Shown here piece after piece: positions 57,660 to 64,000 of a stretch of DNA of 64,000 bases. The position numbers and the translations under genes are program-made. Within the stretch, counting starts at the first letter, position 1; each line of letters begins with the position of its first letter. The stretch spans positions 4,192,001-4,256,000 of the forward strand of contig OZ245002.1 in NCBI GenBank assembly GCA_965223415.1, written 5' to 3'. Under the pieces are notes generated by a model, which saw nothing but the letters and a program-made list of their open reading frames with translations, had not been told where the DNA came from and did not search any database. Source of the stretch: Myxococcota bacterium. GTDB lineage: Bacteria; Myxococcota_A; UBA9160; UBA6930.

Positions 57660-58055
57660 ATGGCAGCTCGCAAGACCGCTCGAAAGAAGGCGGCTCGGAA
57701 GAAGGCGACGCGGCGGAAGGCGCCCGCGCGCAAGAAGACGGCGCGCAAGAAGACGACGAGGAAGAAGGCGACCCGGAAGAAGGCCGCGGCGAAGAGCGCG
57801 TTCGCGGAGGAGCTCCCGAAGTCGCTCAAGCAGTTCCGCCGGGCAGTGGAGCGAGAGCTCACGGCCGTGGAGCGGCAGGTGGAGACGGCCGGGCGCGATG
57901 CGCGCCGGCGACTCACGCGCCTCGTTCGCGACGCGGCTCGGCACCTGGGCCAGCTGGAGGCGAGCGGCGAGCGCCAGTGGCGCAAGCTCACCCGCGCCGC
58001 CCGCAGCGACGCCCAACGCATGTACAAGAGGCTCCAGAACGCCTCCAAGCGCTGA
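57660..58055 (+). CDS. Histone H1/HC2-like basic protein with coiled C-terminus
   Basis: RBS GAGGAGG; (A/T)RKK repeats followed by an amphipathic helical domain. Confidence 0.75.
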   Translation: MAARKTARKKAARKKATRRKAPARKKTARKKTTRKKATRKKAAAKSAFAEELPKSLKQFRRAVERELTAVERQVETAGRDARRRLTRLVRDAARHLGQLEASGERQWRKLTRAARSDAQRMYKRLQNASKR

Positions 58056-58082
58056 CCGAGCGAACGAAGCTAGCCTCTCGGC

Positions 58083-59297
58083 GTGGAGATCTGGAAGACG
58101 GCCTGGCGGAACGTGCTGCGCAGCCGGCGCCGCACCTTCGTCACCGTGTCGGCGATGACCTTCGCCCTGTGGGTGATGATCCTCTACTCGGGGCTTGTCG
58201 CCGGCTACCTGCGCGACATGGAGCAGAGCATCCTCGACCTCGAGCTCGGGGACATGCAGATCCATGCCGCCGAGTACCGGGACGATCCTTCTCTCTACGC
58301 GCGAATCGATGATCCGGATGCCCTGGTCGGGGCCCTGCGCGAGCGGGGCTACCGGGCCACGCCGCGGTTGCTCGCCTGGGGCATGGCGGCGGCGGAGGAG
58401 TCCAGCGCCGGCGTCGCCTTCCGCGGGGTCGAGGTGAGCCGGGACGCCGAGGTGAGCCGCATCCACGAGCACGTGCTGGCGGGCACCTGGCTCGACCCCC
58501 AGGAGCCCAAGGGCGTCGTGCTGGGCCGCCGCCTGGCCCGCATGCTCGGCGTCGAGCCCGGCTCCGAGCTTGTTGTGCTGAGCCAGGGAGCGGACGGGGC
58601 CACCGCCGCCGATCTCTACCAGGTGCGCGGCGTCCTTCAGAGCGTCGGCGACGCCACCGATCGCGCGGGGGTCTTCATGACCGCCGGCGCGTTTCGCGAG
58701 CTCTTCGTGGTGCCGGCCGGCGCCCACCAGATCGTCGTGCGCCGCCCCACCGAAACCGAGCTCGCCGTGGCGGCGGACACGGTCGGCGAGCTCGCACCGG
58801 ACCTCGACGTGCAGACCTGGCGCGACCTGATGCCCACCCTGGCCTCGCTCCTCGACTCCGCCCGCAGCGCGATGCTGGCGATGTTCTTCATCGTCTACCT
58901 CGCCATCGCGGTCCTGATCCTGAACGCGATGCTGATGGCGGTGTTCGAGCGCATCCGCGAGCTCGGCGTGTTGAAGGCGCTGGGGGTGGGGCCACTCGGG
59001 ATCCTCGGGCTGATGCTCGCGGAGGCGGGCATCCTGACGGGTCTCGCCGTCGCCGCCGGCGTCGCGCTCGGCGTCCCGACCCTCTGGTACCTCTCCGTCC
59101 ACGGCATCGAGCTGACGACCGTCGCCGGCATGTCGATCATGGGCATCGCCATGGATCCGGTGTGGCGCGCGGACATGAGCGCGCCGACGGTGCTCGCGCC
59201 GGTGGGAGCCCTCGTCGCCATCGTGACCGTGGCCGTGATCTATCCTTCGCTGAAGGCGGCGCTGATCGATCCGGTGCGGGCCATCTACCACCGGTAG
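58083..59297 (+). CDS. ABC permease, FtsX/LolC/MacB family
   Basis: AWRNVLR..RRT, FERIRELGVLKALG, YP..KAA..DPV. Confidence 0.9.
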   Translation: MEIWKTAWRNVLRSRRRTFVTVSAMTFALWVMILYSGLVAGYLRDMEQSILDLELGDMQIHAAEYRDDPSLYARIDDPDALVGALRERGYRATPRLLAWGMAAAEESSAGVAFRGVEVSRDAEVSRIHEHVLAGTWLDPQEPKGVVLGRRLARMLGVEPGSELVVLSQGADGATAADLYQVRGVLQSVGDATDRAGVFMTAGAFRELFVVPAGAHQIVVRRPTETELAVAADTVGELAPDLDVQTWRDLMPTLASLLDSARSAMLAMFFIVYLAIAVLILNAMLMAVFERIRELGVLKALGVGPLGILGLMLAEAGILTGLAVAAGVALGVPTLWYLSVHGIELTTVAGMSIMGIAMDPVWRADMSAPTVLAPVGALVAIVTVAVIYPSLKAALIDPVRAIYHR

Positions 59298-59305
59298 GAG
59301 CTCCC

Positions 59306-60568
59306 ATGAGAGGACCTCATCTGTTCGCTCTCGCCTGGCGCAACCTCTGGCGCCACCGGAGGCGCACCCTCCTGACGCTTTCTTCGATCGCATTCGGCAC
59401 GATGTTCGCGTGGATGTTCACCGGGCTCGGCGACGCCAACTGGCGCGAGATGATCGACCTGGCTGCGCGGATGGGCGGCGGCCACGTGACCCTCCAGCAC
59501 GCCGAGTACCTCGAATCGCCGACCCTCTCGCGAAGCGTTCCCCAGGTGGAGCCTCTCCACGCCATCGCCGTCCAGGATCCGGAGGTCGCCCGGGCGGTGA
59601 CGCGCATCTCCGGCAACCTGATCCTGGCCTCCGCGGCCCGAAACCAGGGCGCGGGGTTCATCGCCTTCGACGCCGCGGCGGAGGACATCGGCACCCTCTC
59701 CATCCTCGAGGCGGTCGAGGATGGGCGGCTCTGGACCGGCGAGAACGGCGGGGGCATCGTGCTCGGCGTGAAGCTGGCCGAGCAGCTCCGGGTCGAGGTC
59801 GGTCACAAGGTCGTGTACACGGTCACCGACAAGGACGGGGAGATCGTCCAGGAGGCGGTGCGGGTGTCGGGCCTGCTCGAGACCGGCTCGCCCACCGTCG
59901 ACGGCCGCCTGGCGCTCCTGCCCATCGACGTGATGCGCGCCTCCCTGGGCTACGCCCCCGGCGAGGCCGGGCAGGTGGCGGTGTTCCTCCAGGATCAGCG
60001 GGCGGCGGATCGCGTGGCGGCGCGGCTCGGAAAGCGGATTGCGGCCCACCGGGATGGAGACGTCTCGGCGATTCCCTGGCACGCGCTCCAGCCGGAGCTC
60101 GCCGGGTTCATCGCGATGAAGGTGGGCGGTACCTGGGTGATGGAGGTGATCATCATGCTCTTGGTCGCCGCCGGCATCTTCAACACGATCTTCGTGAGCG
60201 TGATGGAGCGGATGCGGGAGTTCGGCATCCTGCGCGCGATCGGCTGGAGCCCCGGACAGCTCGCGCGGCTGGTGATGGCGGAGAGCGTGTGGCTCGCCGT
60301 GGTCGGCCTGCTGCTGGGTCTGGCGTTGACCGCCTGGCCCTATTGGTACATGCACACGGTCGGCATCGACCTGATGGCCGCGGTCGGCGTGGGCGCCGAC
60401 GCGGAGGTGGCGGGGGTGGCCATGACGAAGCTGATGCGGGTCGACATCTATCCCGAGAACGCGCTGCTGATCGGCGGGGCCGCGGTGCTGGCGACGCTGC
60501 TCTCGGGCATCTACCCGGCCTGGAAGGCGGGCCACGTCGACCCGGCCGAGACGATCCGGTTGGTCTAG
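59306..60568 (+). CDS. ABC permease, FtsX/LolE/MacB family
   Basis: LAWRNLWR..RRT, MERMREFGILRAIG, YPAWKA. Confidence 0.9.
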   Translation: MRGPHLFALAWRNLWRHRRRTLLTLSSIAFGTMFAWMFTGLGDANWREMIDLAARMGGGHVTLQHAEYLESPTLSRSVPQVEPLHAIAVQDPEVARAVTRISGNLILASAARNQGAGFIAFDAAAEDIGTLSILEAVEDGRLWTGENGGGIVLGVKLAEQLRVEVGHKVVYTVTDKDGEIVQEAVRVSGLLETGSPTVDGRLALLPIDVMRASLGYAPGEAGQVAVFLQDQRAADRVAARLGKRIAAHRDGDVSAIPWHALQPELAGFIAMKVGGTWVMEVIIMLLVAAGIFNTIFVSVMERMREFGILRAIGWSPGQLARLVMAESVWLAVVGLLLGLALTAWPYWYMHTVGIDLMAAVGVGADAEVAGVAMTKLMRVDIYPENALLIGGAAVLATLLSGIYPAWKAGHVDPAETIRLV

Positions 60569-60579
60569 GAGCCAGGAAG

Positions 60580-61275
60580 ATGTCCGATCAAGCCCTCGTC
60601 GAGCTCGACTCCGTGAACAAGGTCTACGAGCAGGGTGCCCTCGAGGTGCGCGCGCTGCGGGATCTCTCCCTCACGATCGAGGCGGGAGAGTTCACGGCGG
60701 TGTGCGGGCCCTCGGGCTCGGGGAAGACCACGCTCCTCAACCTGATCGGCGCCCTCGACCGCCCGACCTCGGGAACGATCCGGATCGAGGGACGGGATCT
60801 CGGCGCCATGAGCCAACGGGAGCGCAGCCACCTGCGCCGGGACCGTATCGGCTTCGTCTTCCAGGCCTACAACCTGATGCCGGTACTGACCGCCTACGAG
60901 AACGCGGAGATGGTGCTCGCCCTCCAGGGCGTCGACAAGGAGGCGCGGCGGGAGCAGGTGATGCGGGTGCTGAAGGACGTCGGTCTCGAGGACCTCGAGC
61001 ACCGCCGGCCCGACGAGCTCTCCGGTGGCCAGCAGCAGCGCGTGGCGATCGCCCGGGCCATTGCCTCGAACCCGGCGGTCGTCCTGGCCGACGAGCCCAC
61101 CGCGAACCTCGACTCCGAGAACGCCGTCCACCTGCTCGACATCATGGAGCAGCTCAACCTGGATCGCGGCGTCACCTTCCTCTTCTCTACCCACGATCCG
61201 CGCGTGATGGAACGGGCCCGCCGCCTGATCCGCGTCGTCGACGGCCAGATCGAAACCGACGAACATCGGAGTTGA
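60580..61275 (+). CDS. ABC ATP-binding protein, LolD-like
   Basis: GPSGSGKT, GFVFQ, LSGGQQQR, LADEPT, THD. Confidence 0.93.
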   Translation: MSDQALVELDSVNKVYEQGALEVRALRDLSLTIEAGEFTAVCGPSGSGKTTLLNLIGALDRPTSGTIRIEGRDLGAMSQRERSHLRRDRIGFVFQAYNLMPVLTAYENAEMVLALQGVDKEARREQVMRVLKDVGLEDLEHRRPDELSGGQQQRVAIARAIASNPAVVLADEPTANLDSENAVHLLDIMEQLNLDRGVTFLFSTHDPRVMERARRLIRVVDGQIETDEHRS

Positions 61276-61341
61276 GAAACGGGGCCAGAGTTAAGAATTC
61301 AGTTCTGAAAGAACTGAATTCTTAACTCTGGCCCCGTTTCT
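61275..61341. repeat. Perfect 32-bp inverted repeat with 3-nt loop (REP/MITE-like)
   Basis: AGAAACGGGGCCAGAGTTAAGAATTCAGTTCT (61275-61306), loop GAA, exact reverse complement at 61310-61341. Confidence 0.95.
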
Positions 61342-61422
61342 TCATTCTGGGGCAGGGCGCCACGGGTGAGGCGGCGAGGGGCAATGGTGTCGCGCGGAGG
61401 GGCGCGAGCGTGGGTGGTGGGA

Positions 61423-61438
61423 TGGTCCCTTCCTTGCA
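61423..61438 (+). promoter_or_regulatory. Putative sigma-54 promoter of the nor operon
   Basis: TGGTCCCTTCCTTGCA has the GG-N10-GC spacing with TTGC, 27 nt before the norC ATG. Confidence 0.55.
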
Positions 61439-61465
61439 CGGCAGTCGCGCGGAAGGAGGGAGCCG

Positions 61466-62155
61466 ATGCTCTCGAAGTCGCAGGCGCGGTGGTTCTTCGT
61501 GGGGGGGACGATCTTCTTCTCCGCGATCTTCCTGTTCCTCACCGTGGACACCCTACGGGAGATCCCGGCCCGTCAGAACTCGGACGCCCTCACCGAGTCG
61601 GTGGTGCGGGGGAAGCACCTGTGGGATTCCAACAACTGCATGGGCTGCCACACGATCCTGGGGGAGGGCGCCTACTACGCGCCGGAGCTCACCCGGGTCG
61701 TCGAGCGCCGCGGCAAGGAGTGGCTCGCGATCTTCCTGCGCGATCCCGAGGCCATGTTCCCCGGCCAGCGGCGCATGGTGCAGTACGACTTCAGCGACCA
61801 GCAGATCGAGGACGTGATCGCCTTCCTGGAGTGGATCGGCGGCATCGACACCAACGGTTTCCCGCCGGATCCGGACATGGCTCCCGCCAGCGCCCCGATC
61901 GCCGCGGCGGCCTTTACCGCGCCGGCGGCGCCGGAGTACTTCGGCCAGGTCTGCGTCGCCTGTCACGCCGTCTCGGGTAGTGGTGGCACGGTCGGGCCGG
62001 CCCTCGACGGCGTCGGCGGCCGCATGGCCCGTAGCGAGCTCGATCGCTGGCTCGCCGACCCGCAGACGGTGCGCCCGGGCACGGCCATGCCGAACCTGGC
62101 GCTCCCCGATTCCACCCGTGCCGAGCTGGTCGACTGGCTCGTGACCCTCCGTTAG
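61466..62155 (+). CDS. norC: Nitric oxide reductase cytochrome c subunit with a second cytochrome c domain
   Basis: N-terminal [24 protein letters not shown]; extra CVACH...GPAL...MP domain. Confidence 0.9.
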   Translation: MLSKSQARWFFVGGTIFFSAIFLFLTVDTLREIPARQNSDALTESVVRGKHLWDSNNCMGCHTILGEGAYYAPELTRVVERRGKEWLAIFLRDPEAMFPGQRRMVQYDFSDQQIEDVIAFLEWIGGIDTNGFPPDPDMAPASAPIAAAAFTAPAAPEYFGQVCVACHAVSGSGGTVGPALDGVGGRMARSELDRWLADPQTVRPGTAMPNLALPDSTRAELVDWLVTLR

Positions 62156-62170
62156 GCGAAGGAGACGATC

Positions 62171-63502
62171 GTGAAGTACAAGTCCCAGCGCGTGGCCTAC
62201 CTCTTCTTCGCCACTTCGCTCCTGCTCTTCGGCCTGCAGATCGTGTTCGGCTTCATCATGGGCTTCGCCCACATGGGCTACGACGTCCTGCACGAGTGGA
62301 TTCCCTTCAACGCGGCTCGCGCCAGCCATCTCAACCTGCTCGTCGTGTGGCTGCTCTCGGGCTTCATGGGGGCCGCCTACTACATCATCCCCGCCGAGGC
62401 GGAGCGCGAGCTATGGAGCGAGAAGCTCGCGATCGTGCAGTGGGCGGCGCTGGTGATCGTCGGGGTGATCGCCATCGCCGGCTTCCACGTCGGCTGGTGG
62501 GAAGGCCGCAAGTTCCTCGAGATCCCGCGGCCCCTCGACTACCTGGTCGTGGTCGACGTCCTGCTCTTCATCTTCAACATCGGGATGACCGCCTGGAACG
62601 GCAAGCGCTTCACGACCACCGGGATCGTGCTGCTCGTCGGCCTCACGGCGGCGGCGCTCCTCTACCTGCCGGGCATGATCACCTTCGAGAGCCAGGTGCT
62701 CGATTCCTACTTCCGCTGGTGGGTCGTCCACCTGTGGGTGGAAGGCGTCTGGGAGCTGATCATGGGCGGCATCATGGCCTTCCTGCTGATCCAGCTCACC
62801 GGAATCGATCGCGAGGTGATCGAGAAGTGGCTCTACGTGATCGTGGGCTTCACCTTCCTGTCCGGCATCCTCGGCACGGGTCACCACTACTACTACATCG
62901 GCACCCCGGAGTACTGGCTCTGGATCGGAGGGATCTTCTCGGGCCTCGAGCCGCTGGCCTTCCTCGGCATGGCGCTCTACGCCGTGACCATGGCGAGGCG
63001 CGGGGGCATGAACCACCCGAACCGCATCGCGCTGTTCTGGATCGTCGGCTGCGGCGTCATGTCCTTCGTCGGCGCCGGCTTCCTCGGCTTCGCTCACACC
63101 CTGCCCCAGGTAAACCTCTGGACCCACGGCACTATCATCACCGCCATGCACGGCCACATGGCCTTCTGGGGCGCCTACGCGATGCTGGTCTTGGCGATGA
63201 TTGCCTACGCCATGCCCCAGATGACCGGCCGCAAGCTCTACGCCGGCTGGCTGCCGGAGGCGGCCTTCTGGACCAGCAACGTCGGGATGATGGGCATGAC
63301 CGGCGCCTTCGCCGTGGCCGGCATCAGCCAGGTGTACATGGAGCGGCGGATCGGCATGGACTTCCTCGCGGTGCAGGACGCCGTGAGTATTCACTTCGGA
63401 GGCGTGGTGCTGGCGGCCTGTCTGCTCACTGTCGGGATCGCCATGTACGCGTGGAACTTCGCCCAGTACGGCCTGCCGAACGACGAGGCGATCGAACCCT
63501 GA
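62171..63502 (+). CDS. norB: Nitric oxide reductase catalytic subunit (cNOR)
   Basis: [41 protein letters not shown]. Confidence 0.95.
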   Translation: MKYKSQRVAYLFFATSLLLFGLQIVFGFIMGFAHMGYDVLHEWIPFNAARASHLNLLVVWLLSGFMGAAYYIIPAEAERELWSEKLAIVQWAALVIVGVIAIAGFHVGWWEGRKFLEIPRPLDYLVVVDVLLFIFNIGMTAWNGKRFTTTGIVLLVGLTAAALLYLPGMITFESQVLDSYFRWWVVHLWVEGVWELIMGGIMAFLLIQLTGIDREVIEKWLYVIVGFTFLSGILGTGHHYYYIGTPEYWLWIGGIFSGLEPLAFLGMALYAVTMARRGGMNHPNRIALFWIVGCGVMSFVGAGFLGFAHTLPQVNLWTHGTIITAMHGHMAFWGAYAMLVLAMIAYAMPQMTGRKLYAGWLPEAAFWTSNVGMMGMTGAFAVAGISQVYMERRIGMDFLAVQDAVSIHFGGVVLAACLLTVGIAMYAWNFAQYGLPNDEAIEP

Positions 63503-64000
63503 TGGCGGCCGAAGAGCTCCCCAGCCCGGACGCGCTCCTGCCGTACTACCGGGCGGTCGGCGACGAGTGCGCTCTCTTCGAGAAGGCGGCAGCGGAGGGG
63601 CTCCCCCTCCTGCTCAAGGGTCCAACCGGCTGCGGCAAGTCCCGGCTCGTGGAGCACATGGCGGCCCGCCTCGGGCGGCCGCTCGTCACGGTCGCATGCC
63701 ACGACGAGACCAGCGCCGTCGACCTGACCGGCCGCTGGCTCGTCCGCGGCGGCGAGACGCTGTGGCAGGACGGTCCCGTCACCCGCGCCGTGCGGGAGGG
63801 CGCGATCCTGTATCTCGACGAGTTTGCCGAAGCGCGCAGCGACGTGGTCGTCGTGATCCATCCGCTGACGGACCACCGTCGCACCCTCTACGTGGAGCGC
63901 CACGACGAGGTGGTGCAGGCCGCGCCGGGATTCCTGCTCGTGGTGAGCTTCAACCCGGGCTACCAGCGGGGTCTGAAGGAGCTGAAGCCCTCGACCCGGC
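63502..64000 (+). CDS. norQ: NorQ/CbbQ/NirQ AAA+ ATPase, 3' partial
   Basis: Read manually: [48 protein letters not shown]. Confidence 0.92.
   Translation, partial: MAAEELPSPDALLPYYRAVGDECALFEKAAAEGLPLLLKGPTGCGKSRLVEHMAARLGRPLVTVACHDETSAVDLTGRWLVRGGETLWQDGPVTRAVREGAILYLDEFAEARSDVVVVIHPLTDHRRTLYVERHDEVVQAAPGFLLVVSFNPGYQRGLKELKPSTR

Noticed and set aside
1..64000. tRNA, rRNA, riboswitch or prophage
   Set aside because: None was recognised by eye; an Infernal/tRNAscan search would be needed to exclude structured RNAs.

Overview
A 64 kb window of a very GC-rich bacterial chromosome. The gene content, including a C-terminal CGLGFEL tail, suggests Myxococcota or a related deltaproteobacterial lineage; this is inference only. 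It is densely coding, with about 60 genes. It opens with an intact IS1380-family element (638-2162). It then carries many redox and lipid or xenobiotic catabolic genes: four SDRs, three GSTs, a P450, TauD, PhyH, several F420-type flavoproteins, an acyl-CoA ligase, a MaoC pair and a GH3. It also has a complete non-phosphorylative L-fucose-type pathway, a Tat-exported Fe/Mn SOD, two ABC systems, and a norCBQ nitric oxide reductase operon that runs off the right edge. The most unusual element is 41360-43495 (-), one ORF fusing an ECF sigma factor, ankyrin repeats and a catalytically degenerate F1-ATP synthase beta-like domain, with a strong internal RBS+ATG at the sigma/ankyrin junction. It could be a nucleotide- or energy-sensing one-component sigma system. 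Other signals: back-to-back -10 boxes in front of apparently leaderless divergent genes, a 32-bp perfect AT-rich palindrome, a di-heme NorC, a candidate protein-sorting tail, and several small gene relics. No tRNA, rRNA or CRISPR array was recognised. Product calls come from motif recognition by eye, with no database searches. Several start codons were re-assigned relative to the ORF track.
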